A stretch of DNA of 64,000 nucleotides. Source: an uncultured Rivularia sp. GTDB lineage: Bacteria; Cyanobacteriota; Cyanobacteriia; Cyanobacteriales; Nostocaceae. The translations under genes were made by a program, and so were the position numbers. Below, piece by piece: positions 10,433-21,743 of the stretch. Below the pieces are notes generated by a model. It was not told where the DNA came from and did no database searches. It saw only the letters and a program-made list of their open reading frames with translations. Position 1 is the first letter of the stretch. Every line of letters begins with the position of its first letter. The stretch is from positions 5,504,001 to 5,568,000 of the forward strand of contig OY762007.1 in NCBI GenBank assembly GCA_963665115.1. Direction: 5' to 3'.

Positions 10433-11995
10433 ATGACAAATATAACCTTACTAAACAAAGAAACGAAATCGCATAAGAAACTCAGTGTAGTTAAACTTAT
10501 TGCAGTCATCATCGCAATCGGAATATTTTTTAGATTTTATAATTTAGACCAGAAAACTTACTGGTATGATGAAACAATGACTTCTGTACGTATTTCTGGA
10601 TACGTCAGCCCAGAATTAACAAAAGAAGTCTATAACGGCAAGGTTATTAGTGTTGAAAACTTCCTGCAAACTTATCAGTATCCTAACGACACAAGAAACC
10701 TTAACGACACTATTAAAGCTTTAGCCCAAAATCCAGAACATTCGCCTCTTTACTACCTAATGGCGCGTTTTTGGTTGCAAGCCACGGGTAATTCCATATT
10801 TAATATTAGATTATTATCTGCTTTGATAAGCTTGCTGGCGTTTCCTGCAATCTACTGGTTAACTCAGGAATTATTTAATTCTAAATTAGTTTCTTGGGTG
10901 TCAGTTTGCTTAATAGCTATTTCACCTTTTCATGTTTTATATGCTCAAGAAGCACGAGAATATAGCTTATGGATTGTGAGCATCTTTGTTTCTTGTGCGG
11001 CACTACTTTGGGCAATTAGAAAGAAAAAAATACTTCCTTGGATTGTTTACGGTACTACTGTATCTTTAGGACTTTATACTCATCCTTTTTCTGCATTTTT
11101 ATTTGTAGGGCATGGTATATACGTTTTGGTTAGCGAAAGTCTCCGATTAACTAAAGCCTTGAAAAATTATATACTTGCTAGTTTATTCGGTATATTACTT
11201 TTTGTTCCTTGGCTGTTAGTTGTTATCGCTAATTTTGCCAACCTTTTAGTTAATACAGATCACGTTAACAGAATTGCTAAAGGATTGTTGCCTATTTTAT
11301 GGGGGCTAAATCTGAGCCGGATTTTTATAGATCTAAACCAAGGTATTAGTCTTTTTAATCCGCTGACTTATCTCAGTTTATTTTTCGCCGTTTATGCATT
11401 ATATTTTTTATGTAAAAATGCACCAAAAGCTGGACTATTTATTATTACTTTAATAGGAGTGCTTGGAATAGCTTTAATAGTCCCAGATATTATCATATCA
11501 GGTCGCCGTTCTACTTTTGCTCGCTATGCAACACCTTGTTTATTAGGAATTCAAGTTGCAGTATCATATTTATTAGCTACTAAATTAAGGGAAAAATATA
11601 ATGAGAAAAAAGGATTTAAAAAATGGCGAAATATTGTTATTGTTTTGATTGTGGGAGGTATTTTATCTAGTACGATTAGCTCTCAATTTCCCATGTGGTG
11701 GAATAAAGGTCCTTTCAAAACTCGCCATACAACTGAAGTAGTTAATATGATAAATCAGTCAGAAAATCCTTTGGTCATTAGTGATATTCCACCTAATGAA
11801 TTACTTGGATTAACTCATGTATTGCAGGAAAATGTACATCTTCAGTTAATATCGTCGGCGAAAATTCCACAGATCCCAGCATCTTTTGAAGAAATTTTTA
11901 TTTATCGTTCTTCTGATGAATTACTAGCTAAATATCAAACTGAATATGAGATTAAAAAAATCGAGCCTTTTTTATGGAAAGTGAAACAAAGATAA
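10433..11995 (+). CDS. GT-C glycosyltransferase (GT39/PMT_2-like)
   Basis: YWYDE, EHSPLYY and YAQEAREYSL motifs. Confidence 0.9.
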   Translation: MTNITLLNKETKSHKKLSVVKLIAVIIAIGIFFRFYNLDQKTYWYDETMTSVRISGYVSPELTKEVYNGKVISVENFLQTYQYPNDTRNLNDTIKALAQNPEHSPLYYLMARFWLQATGNSIFNIRLLSALISLLAFPAIYWLTQELFNSKLVSWVSVCLIAISPFHVLYAQEAREYSLWIVSIFVSCAALLWAIRKKKILPWIVYGTTVSLGLYTHPFSAFLFVGHGIYVLVSESLRLTKALKNYILASLFGILLFVPWLLVVIANFANLLVNTDHVNRIAKGLLPILWGLNLSRIFIDLNQGISLFNPLTYLSLFFAVYALYFLCKNAPKAGLFIITLIGVLGIALIVPDIIISGRRSTFARYATPCLLGIQVAVSYLLATKLREKYNEKKGFKKWRNIVIVLIVGGILSSTISSQFPMWWNKGPFKTRHTTEVVNMINQSENPLVISDIPPNELLGLTHVLQENVHLQLISSAKIPQIPASFEEIFIYRSSDELLAKYQTEYEIKKIEPFLWKVKQR

Positions 11996-12025
11996 TTTCA
12001 ATTTCTAACTATTAATATCTTAACT

Positions 12026-13720
12026 ATGTTAATTAAAAGCTTAAGTAAAAGCTTGCTAGCTAATAATGCAAAAATATCTCAAAAACAAGTACTTTTTTGG
12101 TTTAGCTTGAGTCTAATATTTGCTGCTGGTTATGCAATATTGGGATTGCAGCAAGCCTTTGCTAGCGAGTACGTGGTACAGGATGATGCACGACAACACG
12201 TATTTTGGATGTTGAGATTTATAGATCCAAATCTGTTTCCAGACGATTTAATTGCCGACTATTTTCAATCGGTAGCCCCTGTGGGATACTCCAATTTTTA
12301 TCGAGCGTTTGCAGTTTTAGGAATTAATCCATCACTTTTAAATAAATTGCTGCCATTAGTATTAGGATTAATTGCTAGCGGCTATTGTTTTGCTTTTTGT
12401 CTGCAAATCATACCGTTGCCAATTACCGCATTTATGGCAACTTTAATGTTTAATCAAAATATTTGGAGGAAAGATGATTTAGTTTCTGCTACACCCAGAG
12501 CATTCATATACCCTTTATTTTTAGCTTTTTTATTTTATTTGTGTCGCAAATCTTTATTTCCTTGTTTAGTTACAATTATATTTTTAGGATTTTTCTATCC
12601 CCAATATGTGTTTATCTGCGCGGGTATTTTAGTGATACGATTGTTTGATTTGTCTAGAGGGATTCGCTTTTCACAACAAAAGTATAATTATATTTTCTGT
12701 GCTGCTGGCTTAGGAGTAGCCTTTTTAGTATTGCTACCCTATGCTTTAAAATCATCTGAATACGCACCAATAATTACTGTAGCTCAAGCAAAGCAATTAC
12801 CCGAATTTTATCCAAAAGGAAGAAGCTCTTTTTTCAATGATAATATGTTTGACTACTTTGTAAGCGGGCGTAGCGGAATACTTCCAAAGAATTTATTTAT
12901 TCCCGTAACTTATTATTTTGGTTTACTATTACCTATTTTAATGCGGTTTCGTTCCAGGTTTCCTTTGCTGCGACAGGTAACAGAAGAGATAATCATATTG
13001 CCTCAAATGTTATTAGCAGCTATCGGTATGTTCATGGCTGCTCATCTTTTACTATTTAGACTTCATCTTCCCAGCCGCTATATGGAGCATAACTTGCGAA
13101 TTGTCTTCTGTATATCGGCAGCTATTACTTTAACAGCTATTTTATCAACTATTCTTTCTATTAATTACAGAGAAAACAAATTTTCTAATAATCTTAGGAA
13201 AATTTTCGCTTTATTATTTACAGCTTGTATTTCGCTAACACTACTATTTTACTATCCGTTATTTATACAAAATTTTCCTAAAACAGCTTATCAGATTGGA
13301 GAAGATCCAGCCTTATATAAATTCTTTCAGCAACAGCCTAAAGATATTCTAATTGCTTCAATAAGTGAAGAAGTTAATTATTTACCTACATTTTCACAAC
13401 GTTCGATTTTGATAGGTAGAGAATATGCAATTCCCTATCACTTTGGTTATTACACTAAATTCCGTCAGCGAGTCGTAGATTTAACTCAAGCTCAATATAG
13501 CCAAAATTTATCAGATGTAAAAGCTTTTATTCAGAAATATAAAGTAGATTTTTGGCTGTTAGATTCTGGAGCCTTCACACCACAATACATCCAAAATAAT
13601 TCTTTACTCAGACAATATTATGGCAGCAATCTTAACCAAGATAAATTAGTCAAAATAACCAAAGATATATTCCAAAGTTTGCAACAAGGAAACGTCCCCC
13701 AGCCCTATCAAAAACTATGA
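12026..13720 (+). CDS. Multi-TM hypothetical protein, probable GT-C fold; C-terminus probably extends to 13791
   Basis: VVQDDARQH loop after the first TM; many TM segments. A frame change in the C5 run at 13696-13700 would continue ALSKTMTNCTAAKIQNLTVIDAKCIVSRE to the TAG at 13789-13791. Confidence 0.7.
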   Translation: MLIKSLSKSLLANNAKISQKQVLFWFSLSLIFAAGYAILGLQQAFASEYVVQDDARQHVFWMLRFIDPNLFPDDLIADYFQSVAPVGYSNFYRAFAVLGINPSLLNKLLPLVLGLIASGYCFAFCLQIIPLPITAFMATLMFNQNIWRKDDLVSATPRAFIYPLFLAFLFYLCRKSLFPCLVTIIFLGFFYPQYVFICAGILVIRLFDLSRGIRFSQQKYNYIFCAAGLGVAFLVLLPYALKSSEYAPIITVAQAKQLPEFYPKGRSSFFNDNMFDYFVSGRSGILPKNLFIPVTYYFGLLLPILMRFRSRFPLLRQVTEEIIILPQMLLAAIGMFMAAHLLLFRLHLPSRYMEHNLRIVFCISAAITLTAILSTILSINYRENKFSNNLRKIFALLFTACISLTLLFYYPLFIQNFPKTAYQIGEDPALYKFFQQQPKDILIASISEEVNYLPTFSQRSILIGREYAIPYHFGYYTKFRQRVVDLTQAQYSQNLSDVKAFIQKYKVDFWLLDSGAFTPQYIQNNSLLRQYYGSNLNQDKLVKITKDIFQSLQQGNVPQPYQKL

Positions 13721-13778
13721 CAAATTGTACCGCCGCAAAAATTCAAAATTTAACAGTCATAGACGCAAAATGTATTGT

Positions 13779-13881
13779 GAGTAGGGAGTAGGGAGTAGGG
13801 AGTTAGGAGTTAGGAGTAGGGAGTAGGGAGTAGGGAGTAGGGAGTAGGGAGTAGGGAGTAGGGAGTTAGGAGTTAGGAGTT
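13779..13881. repeat. STRR heptamer array (GGGAGTA / GGAGTTA)n
   Basis: About 14 heptamer units between the GT-C gene and dxr. Confidence 0.95.
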
Positions 13882-13981
13882 AATAATAAAAATTCTACCC
13901 CATCCCCCCATTCCCCCATCTCTACTCTTCAACCCCCAGACAATCTATAGTAAAGTTGTCTGTTAACGATTAATACAAATT

Positions 13982-15178
13982 GTGAAAGCTATTACTCTTC
14001 TTGGTTCTACTGGTTCTATCGGTACTCAAACTTTAGATATTGTTGCTCAAAACCCCGAACAGTTTCGGATTGTCGGATTAGCAGCAGGGCGCAACGTAGA
14101 ACTGTTAGCATCCCAGGTTAAACAGTTTCAACCGAGTATAGTGGCAATTTCCGATGAAAGTAAATTACCCGAACTTAAAGAGGCAGTAAAAGACGTAGAG
14201 CCTCAACCCACTTTACTATCGGGAGAAGCTGGGGTTATCGAAGTTGCTCGTTATGCAGAAGCTGAAACTGTAGTTACTGGTATTGTCGGCTGTGCTGGAT
14301 TGTTACCTACCATCGCTGCCATCGAAGCGGGTAAAGATATTGCTTTAGCGAATAAAGAAACTTTAATTGCTGGCGCACCAGTAGTTTTACCTTTAATTGA
14401 AAAACACGGTGTAAAACTTTTACCCGCAGATTCAGAGCATTCCGCAATCTTTCAATGTCTGCAAGGTATACCTGAAGGAGGTTTACGCAAGATTATACTT
14501 ACAGCCTCTGGTGGTGCTTTCCGCGATTGGGATGTAGAAAAATTAGCCGAAGTCACGGTTGCTGATGCCTTGAAGCATCCTAATTGGTCAATGGGACGTA
14601 AAATTACAGTAGATTCGGCAACTTTGATGAATAAAGGATTGGAAGTAATCGAAGCGCACTTCCTGTTTGGATTAGATTACGACGACATTGAAATAGTCAT
14701 TCATCCCCAAAGCATCATTCATTCGCTGATTGAACTGCAAGATACATCAGTTTTAGCTCAATTGGGCTGGGCTGATATGCGGCTACCTCTGCTGTATGCT
14801 TTATCTTATCCAGAACGTATTTACACCGATTGGGAACGCTTAGATTTAGTCAAAGCAGGCTCCTTAACATTCCGAGAACCCAATCATCAGAAATACCCCT
14901 GCATGAATCTAGCTTACGCCGTTGGAAAAGCCGGTGGTTCAATGCCAGCAGTCTTAAACGCAGCCAACGAACAAGCCGTAGCCTTATTTTTAGAAGAAAA
15001 AATTCACTTTTTAGATATTCCTAAATGCATCGAAAAAGTTTGCGATCGCCATTCAGGGCAAAATAATTCAAATCCTAATTTAGAAGACATTTTAGCAGCC
15101 GATAAATGGGCAAGACAAGAGGCCACAACGGCTGCAAACGATTTACAAAACTCACCAACGGTAGTTTCGATGCGGTAA
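13982..15178 (+). CDS. dxr: 1-deoxy-D-xylulose-5-phosphate reductoisomerase
   Basis: [41 protein letters not shown]. Confidence 0.99.
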   Translation: MKAITLLGSTGSIGTQTLDIVAQNPEQFRIVGLAAGRNVELLASQVKQFQPSIVAISDESKLPELKEAVKDVEPQPTLLSGEAGVIEVARYAEAETVVTGIVGCAGLLPTIAAIEAGKDIALANKETLIAGAPVVLPLIEKHGVKLLPADSEHSAIFQCLQGIPEGGLRKIILTASGGAFRDWDVEKLAEVTVADALKHPNWSMGRKITVDSATLMNKGLEVIEAHFLFGLDYDDIEIVIHPQSIIHSLIELQDTSVLAQLGWADMRLPLLYALSYPERIYTDWERLDLVKAGSLTFREPNHQKYPCMNLAYAVGKAGGSMPAVLNAANEQAVALFLEEKIHFLDIPKCIEKVCDRHSGQNNSNPNLEDILAADKWARQEATTAANDLQNSPTVVSMR

Positions 15179-15347
15179 GGGAGAGGGAGATTCTTTAAGT
15201 AGTGAGTAAGGAGTAGTGAGTAGCAAGTAAGGAATAGATGCTTGAGCAGCCCGGTTGATAATAGCGATAGTTGGTAATTTATTCGCTACTCGCTACTTGC
15301 TACTTATAACTCATGAAGCCCAATCCCCAATCCCCAATTTCAATTCT

Positions 15348-15845
15348 TTATTTTTTTGATGCAGAAAGTCTTGCCAAAACTTCTTTCACCCGAGGAGGCA
15401 ACTGACGCATTATCTTACCTTTTTCTATGTCCTTTGCCACCAAAGTAACCTTGGCACTGACATATAAATTTTGCCTATCGGTTGATTGAATGGCGTAATC
15501 CCAGTTGATACGAACTCCTGTTACTTCTTCCATACGAGTTTTCACCACTGCTGGCATACCCAATTGAAGCGATTGATGATAGCGTACTGACATTTCTACA
15601 ACGGGTAAATCGCAGCCTAAAGCTACTAAATCAGCAAATTCAATCCCAATTGAACGCAAGCATTCGACTCTGGCTTCTTCCATCCAGGCGATATATGTAC
15701 CATGCCAAACAATGCCAGCATAATCGGTATGGTGAGGTTGAACTCTGACTGGATATTCAAACCAATTTTCAGATGCGTGTAAATATTGATTGTCGATAGT
15801 ACCAGTCGGTGGTAGTTGCGGTTGCTGTGATTTTTCTTCGGACAT
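15348..15845 (-). CDS. Acyl-CoA thioesterase (YbgC/4HBT family)
   Basis: VRVQPHHTDYAGIVWHGTYIAWMEEAR hot-dog-fold motif. Confidence 0.9.
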   Translation of the reverse strand: MSEEKSQQPQLPPTGTIDNQYLHASENWFEYPVRVQPHHTDYAGIVWHGTYIAWMEEARVECLRSIGIEFADLVALGCDLPVVEMSVRYHQSLQLGMPAVVKTRMEEVTGVRINWDYAIQSTDRQNLYVSAKVTLVAKDIEKGKIMRQLPPRVKEVLARLSASKK

Positions 15846-16082
15846 CTTAAAGTTTCTTCGCAGATGCGCGTGTTAACTAACAAGTTAAGAACAATATCAA
15901 GTCTACCTAATCCCTGCTTTCTTAGCATCGCAGGATTTGGCAATTAGCAATATAAGTACCCGTGCAAAATTAATTGGGGATCGGGGATTGGGAATTGGGG
16001 ATTGGGAAAAAAGTATGAATAAACTAGTCAAAAATTTTCTTCGGGCTAATACTCCACCACATCAGTTATAAGGGGTTTGGGG

Positions 16083-16140
16083 AGTGCGAGCCGGAAAGCT
16101 CGCTGGTTGTCACGAGGGAGCGAGACGCTCTCACTACGAA
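16083..16140. repeat. REP-like doublet, family A
   Basis: AGTGCGAGCCGGAAAGCTCGCT...GGGAGCGAGACGCTCTCACTACGAA; nearly identical to 63485-63541. Confidence 0.85.
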
Positions 16141-17030
16141 TGTTTTACCTAGCAAAATTAATGTGGTTAAGTACTAGAAACAATTGACAATTACTGAGTA
16201 ATTTCTTCTTCCCTACTTTCTACTCCCTACTAATCTGTGGGGCTTTGGTAAGCCCTAAAAATATTCCCACACCTCACATTTGATTTAAAGGGTATTTTAG
16301 AATACAATAATTTTGTGTAAATCCAATTATAAAACCGAGTCACTATTAACGCGGTTTACTTTAAATGACCACTTTTTTCTGTAATTTTTCGGATATAAGC
16401 GTAGTAATTAGATCGCTGATAAAGCGATATTACGATTTGAGTTATGCGGCTCGCAAGCATTGCTCTAAGCCAAATATTTTTCTCTTTGAAGAAAAAATAT
16501 ATCTGAAAAATTGCTGAAATAATTTGTCATTTCTGAGATAGGTAATAACACATGGTGCATTATCCTACCTGTAATAGTTAGTAATTATACTTATAAGTCT
16601 TTAAGGGCATTAATTTAAATACCTAATATTTAAGTAATTCGTAATTCTCATTTTAGCTAGATCTATATCTACCCACATCAAAACCGCAAAGTTTACGTTG
16701 TTGAGAAAAATGCTCCTACAAGTTTCGTTGTAAACGAATGAACCGATTAATTTTAAACCTATGCTCTGCTACTTTGACAAAACAATGCTCTTGCCGCGAA
16801 GAGCTAATGCTCTAAATGGGACAAGTACAAATACAGGAACAATGAAAGCAACCAATGAAAGGCTCTTTAGATTATTTCATGCCTAACAAGGATTAAGAGA
16901 AATGGTTAGTTAATAGTTTGTTCAATAAGCTATGAACCCAAAACATTTCTAAGTTGCCTTGTATAGTAGGCAAGCGGCGAACGGCATCACCGTGGCTCGG
17001 TGGCTAGCTTGAATTCCGATCGATTCTCAA

Positions 17031-17375
17031 CTAACGCTTTACGAGGGTTTTACTGCTGGTACAAGCTTCAATTGGTGGATGCTTTACTATATTCGCAAGT
17101 TCCTGTAGCTGGTTCACTGCTTCCGCACCTTCCAACTTCATTAATTCGCGATCGTCGCGCATCTCAGTCCAAGTGATGCCGTAATCGGACACTAAAAATC
17201 GAATCAGATGATTTTCTCCCAAGCTAACCATAAACGAACCACTATTCATTTGGTCGCCGCACGTATAGCAAGACGCGGGGTATCCACGTCTTTCTAGAAC
17301 GATCGCCAAGGCTTGTAAATTCATTACCAAGTCTTGAACGAACTGCCGGTGTTGTTGCGCTAATCTTAGAAACAC
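17031..17375 (-). CDS. DUF1815 family protein
   Basis: MFLRLAQQHRQFVQDLVMNLQALA...ASCYTCG...IRFLVSDYGITWTE, recognised as a cyanobacterial family. Confidence 0.85.
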   Translation of the reverse strand: MFLRLAQQHRQFVQDLVMNLQALAIVLERRGYPASCYTCGDQMNSGSFMVSLGENHLIRFLVSDYGITWTEMRDDRELMKLEGAEAVNQLQELANIVKHPPIEACTSSKTLVKR

Positions 17376-18208
17376 TTTTATCCTCCTAACACCACAATCA
17401 TTTTAGTCTCTTTTATATTTTTTTTAGATTTTCTCATCAAATGGTATTGTAAACTGTTCATTACAATTACTTACAGATAAATAAATCTAAAAAATGACTA
17501 CCTTGGAAATGGTAGTTCAATTAAACAAGTCGTGCCGTATCATAATATTCACTTTACGATCTAAAAATTTCCGACACGATAGATTAAATTTTACTTCTTA
17601 TTTATATTGTCGAGGTCAGGGTAGATACTGACAATATAAATCCGCTATCACATTAACTCATATTGAGTAGAAGTCAACTGCCGAAAATTGACAAATAATG
17701 TCTTCATCGGCTATGAACTGCTATAAAAGCAGGCTTTAATTGCTTGATTGGCATTTTGCTTGGTTTTGTTGGGGCAAATATTTATATTTTTACCCGTTAG
17801 ATTATTTTTCCTTACAGGGAAGGGAGAATGGTTTAGTTACTTATTTGTTTCCACGGTATTGCCGATTAGCGGAGCTAGACGCCTGCATGCGTAATTCCTC
17901 TCTAGTAGGTTACGGTAAATGATTTTAGCCGTACATTTAATTAAAAGGTATGTCTGAACTAAAACTAGAGCATAACGAATTAATTCAAATTCATGGTGCC
18001 AATTCGCCTATATCATGTTTAATTCTTTATAAAAATGTGTATTTCGCTACCATCACAATAAAATAAGTCAAAACGTAAGTAGCTTTTAGAAGATTTATAA
18101 AGAGATAATACGAAAATCAAAATTAAAAATTCCGCAGTTATTCATCAAAAAATTAAATAGTTGCATCAGAAATGTTTATCCATTTAATTAGGCTAAATGC
18201 AAGTAATT

Positions 18209-18244
18209 AAAAACCGTATCGCGAATATTTGCGATACGGTTTTT
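18209..18244. terminator. Intrinsic terminator after the DUF2839 gene
   Basis: AAAAACCGTATCGC-gaatattt-GCGATACGGTTTTT, a perfect 14-bp stem with A/T tails. Confidence 0.8.
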
Positions 18245-18279
18245 GTAATTTTAAGGATGCCAAGTGTCTTTTAGTAGAT

Positions 18280-18492
18280 TTAAACTACTTGCCACCAACC
18301 GAAAGTCGGACCGATAAAACGAATTGTTATCCAAAGAGCAACCATCAAATAAATGCCAATCCAAGCACCGCGAGTGGTCCATTCGACAAACTGTTCCGCT
18401 TGTTTTTTAGTTATCGGAACCCAGGGTAAAATACGAGGTGATTGACCGTAATCGTTCCCTAATGAAGTTTTACGCCGCTTTGCTTCGCCCAT
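18280..18492 (-). CDS. DUF2839 family membrane protein
   Basis: MGEAKRRK...WVPITK...TRGAWIGI...RFIGPTFGWW. Confidence 0.9.
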   Translation of the reverse strand: MGEAKRRKTSLGNDYGQSPRILPWVPITKKQAEQFVEWTTRGAWIGIYLMVALWITIRFIGPTFGWWQVV

Positions 18493-18719
18493 AATTGATA
18501 TTTGAATACATCGTGCAAAATATTGCTATTAAAGATCGTAAACCTTATAACGGCATCTTAAACAAAAAATTTCATAAATAAATATTAAACCAAGGGTGGT
18601 AGCACAAAAATGGTTAGCACTATCAAAGCTGCTGTAACTAAAAATTTAACTGTGCCATTTCCAACTCAATTACGTTAGGGTTACATTTATAGCGATTCTA
18701 AATAGAAACCGATTGATTT

Positions 18720-18772
18720 GTAGTGCGAGCATCTTGCTCGCTCGGTACTAGCGAGCAAGATGCTCGCACTAC
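18720..18772. repeat. REPIN-like perfect inverted doublet, family A
   Basis: GTAGTGCGAGCATCTTGCTCGCT (23 bp), a 7-nt spacer, then its exact reverse complement. Confidence 0.9.
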
Positions 18773-19273
18773 GGAAATTAATTGAAATGACTATATTTAA
18801 AGTTATTCTTTGCAATTATTAATATAAATTAGTACTTGAATATTTACAGTATTTGTTACAGCCAAGACTATTTAAGTGATATTTCTATAATTTACTATTC
18901 AAGAATTATCATTTAAAACAACTCACCATTCAAACTAATAGCGTGTTCTTTCTTTGCTGTCTATTGCCTCTTTTACAACTATTTAATGCCGCATAACAAG
19001 TACAGTTATGGTCATTTACTTTTAAGTAATTCATAATTATTGCTTAATATTAAGTAACAAATAAAACTTAGATAAAAATTAAAGTGTAAAGAATAATGCT
19101 TGTAAAAGTCTTCAAAAGTATTTTTACTTAAAATATTAATCTGATACCGCGAAATTTTTTTTCAATGGGTATTGGAACTATGCTGATTATATGCTGTCCA
19201 TCAGGTATAGTTTTGCATGGGCTTAAAGCCACTCGGCTAACCTCGGCACCTACATCATACCCCTAAATAAAAG

Positions 19274-20944
19274 ATGAAATATAAGGGCTTTCCCATTTCT
19301 TTACGCAAGAATTTCTCTACTAACTTAAAATTACCTTTCTCTATTGCTGCTTTACTCGTAGTTTCTAGTAGTTCGATGCTGTTACCAGTAGAAGAGTCAA
19401 AAGCGAACATTGTAAAGCAAAGAAACGATCAAACTTTAATAGCGCAAACTCCTGTAGCTAGCAGCATAATTTATGTAAATCCTCAGACTGGTACAAACCA
19501 AACTGGTGGTGGTACCACCGAAGCTGCTCCGTTAAAAACCATCACTTTCGCTCTTAGACAAGCCCAACCCGGTACGGTGATTCAACTTGCACCCGGTACC
19601 TACAGCGCAGAAACAGGAGAAAAATTTCCACTCAGAATCAAAGAGGGAGTAACTTTACGTGGAGATGAAGCTGGTAAGGGGCAAGCAACATTAATTACCG
19701 GAAGCGGTAGATATACTAGTCGTACATTTGCTCGTCAAAACATTACTATTCTTGCCAGAAAAAACTCCGTTATTAGTGGCGTTACCGTTACAAACCCAGC
19801 TTCTCGCGGTACTGGAATTTGGGTAGAATCAACAAATCCCAAAATTATAAACAGTACTTTTACTAACAACTTACGTGAAGGTGTTTTCGTTACTGGTACG
19901 GGTAATCCTACAATTGCCGGTAATATCTTTATTCAAAATAAAGGTAATGGTGTTTCTGTGGCGAGAAATGCTAAGGGAGAGATTCGCGGTAACTTATTTC
20001 AAAATACCGGATTCGGTTTGGCTATTGGTGGAAAATCAACACCTTTAATAGTCGAAAACCAAATCTTGCAAAACGTAGACGGACTTTTTATCTCTAACTC
20101 AGCACAGCCCATACTGCGTAAAAACGTAATCCAGAACAATACTCGCGATGGTATTGTTGTGATTACGACTGCTAATCCTAACTTAGGAACACAGGAAGAA
20201 CCTGGTGGTAATTTGATTCGTAATAACGAGCGTTATGACGTAAATAACGCCGCTCGTAACATACAAATTTTGGCGATCGGTAACGATATCGACGAAAGTA
20301 AAATTCAAGGGCAAGTTGAATTTGTTGCAGCAACAGTTGATGCACCTCGAGGATCAACAGCTTTTATTGATGTAGCACCAAATTATTGGGCGAAAAGCTA
20401 TATCGAAGCTTTAGCTTCCAAAGGTGTGATTGCTGGTTTTCCCGATGGTACTTTTAAGCCGAATGAACCCGTTACCCGCGCTCAATTTGCTGCGATTATT
20501 AATAAAGCTTTTGCACCACAAGCTCAACAGCAAGCCACTAATTTCAGCGATGTCAGCAGTAATTTTTGGGCATATAATGCGATTCAAACAGCTACCAAAA
20601 GTCCTTTCCTTGCTGGTTATCCTAATAATACTTTTAGACCGCAACTGGAAATTCCTAGAGTACAGGTTTTAGTTTCCTTGGCTAACGGCTTGGGTTTAAC
20701 TACAGATAATCAAAATGTGCTTTCTGTTTACACGGATGCTTCTCAAATTCCTAATTGGGCTTCCTCACCAGTTGCAGCAGCAACAGCAAAACAGCTTGTG
20801 GTTAACTATCCAACCGCGACACAATTAAATCCCACTCGTCAAGCAACTAGAGCAGAAGTTGCTGCTTTCGTTTATCAAGCGTTAGTTAACGGCGGGCAAG
20901 CTCAACCAATTCCTTCACCTTATGTGGTAACGGTTCAGCAATAA
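19274..20944 (+). CDS. DUF1565 (beta-helix) protein with C-terminal SLH domains
   Basis: YVNP..G.N...G....PLKTIT.AL, PbH1-type repeats, and SLH motifs (FIDV..NYWA, GFPDGTFKP, TRAEVAA). Confidence 0.9.
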   Translation: MKYKGFPISLRKNFSTNLKLPFSIAALLVVSSSSMLLPVEESKANIVKQRNDQTLIAQTPVASSIIYVNPQTGTNQTGGGTTEAAPLKTITFALRQAQPGTVIQLAPGTYSAETGEKFPLRIKEGVTLRGDEAGKGQATLITGSGRYTSRTFARQNITILARKNSVISGVTVTNPASRGTGIWVESTNPKIINSTFTNNLREGVFVTGTGNPTIAGNIFIQNKGNGVSVARNAKGEIRGNLFQNTGFGLAIGGKSTPLIVENQILQNVDGLFISNSAQPILRKNVIQNNTRDGIVVITTANPNLGTQEEPGGNLIRNNERYDVNNAARNIQILAIGNDIDESKIQGQVEFVAATVDAPRGSTAFIDVAPNYWAKSYIEALASKGVIAGFPDGTFKPNEPVTRAQFAAIINKAFAPQAQQQATNFSDVSSNFWAYNAIQTATKSPFLAGYPNNTFRPQLEIPRVQVLVSLANGLGLTTDNQNVLSVYTDASQIPNWASSPVAAATAKQLVVNYPTATQLNPTRQATRAEVAAFVYQALVNGGQAQPIPSPYVVTVQQ

Positions 20945-21042
20945 TAAAGTTTACTGTTAATAGGTAATGGGTAAGTAAGTCGGCAGAAATAAACAGAACG
21001 TAAATTAGCCTTTAACAATTACCTATTACTCTTCAAAAATTT

Positions 21043-21078
21043 AAAGCGCCAGATTAGCTTTGCTAGTTCTGGCGCTTT
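21043..21078 (+). terminator. Intrinsic terminator
   Basis: AAAGCGCCAGA...TCTGGCGCTTT stem followed by ATTTT. Confidence 0.75.
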
Positions 21079-21332
21079 ATTTTCGATAGGTTTTATAAAA
21101 ATTGGGGTTTTTTAAATCAGATAACCCCTTTTAAAGATGAGAGATCTATTTTCAAGGTCTTTATATAAGCTGACCCCGTTTCAACTGTTTTTAGTATTCC
21201 AGAAATGTTCGTCTTTTTTTAGTTTCCTAATATTTTCTTAATTTTTGATTTCATCAGGTATATTTTTATGAATTACTGTTAACTTCAGTAACAAAATTTA
21301 AGACTTCCAGAGGGATATATTAACTAACTTTC

Positions 21333-21608
21333 TTAACGACTCTTGTCCCAACGCCAGAGAAAAACCATCAAAGCTACGACTCCGACTTGAAGTGCTAAAG
21401 ATGGTAAACCAACCTCAAGAGAAGTTTTCTGGGCTAATAGCTGCAAAACAAAAATAAATGCTCCGATTAAACCAGAGGCACCAAAAGCCAGATAAACAAA
21501 CTTTCTTAATCCCCTATAAGGAGATGCTGCTTCTGCTTTGAGACGAGCATATAGTTCTGGGTCTAAATTGCGTTTATTAGTGTTTTTTTGAGATTTTGGT
21601 TGTACCAT
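21333..21608 (-). CDS. DUF3493 (LPA1-like) small membrane protein
   Basis: RLKAEAASPYRGLRKFVY...ASGLIG; two TM segments. Confidence 0.85.
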   Translation of the reverse strand: MVQPKSQKNTNKRNLDPELYARLKAEAASPYRGLRKFVYLAFGASGLIGAFIFVLQLLAQKTSLEVGLPSLALQVGVVALMVFLWRWDKSR

Positions 21609-21642
21609 AAAGTCAATTGTGATATGATTCGAGATTGTTTAT

Positions 21643-21714
21643 GCCGACGTGGCTCAGTGGTAGAGCAATTGATTCGTAATCAATAGGTCGCGGGTTCAAA
21701 TCCCGCCGTCGGCT
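21643..21714 (+). tRNA. tRNA-Thr(CGT)
   Basis: GCCGACG acceptor stem pairing with CGTCGGC; D arm GCTCAGTGGTAGAGC; anticodon stem ATTGA/TCAAT with loop TT-CGT-AA; T loop GGTTCAAATCC; CCA not encoded. Confidence 0.97.
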
Positions 21715-21743
21715 TTGGTCAGTAAAATATATTTCGCCTTTAA

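Noticed and set aside
13779..13881. Possible CRISPR array among the tandem repeats
   Set aside because: The units are contiguous heptamers without unique spacers. No repeat-spacer array or cas gene was seen in the window.
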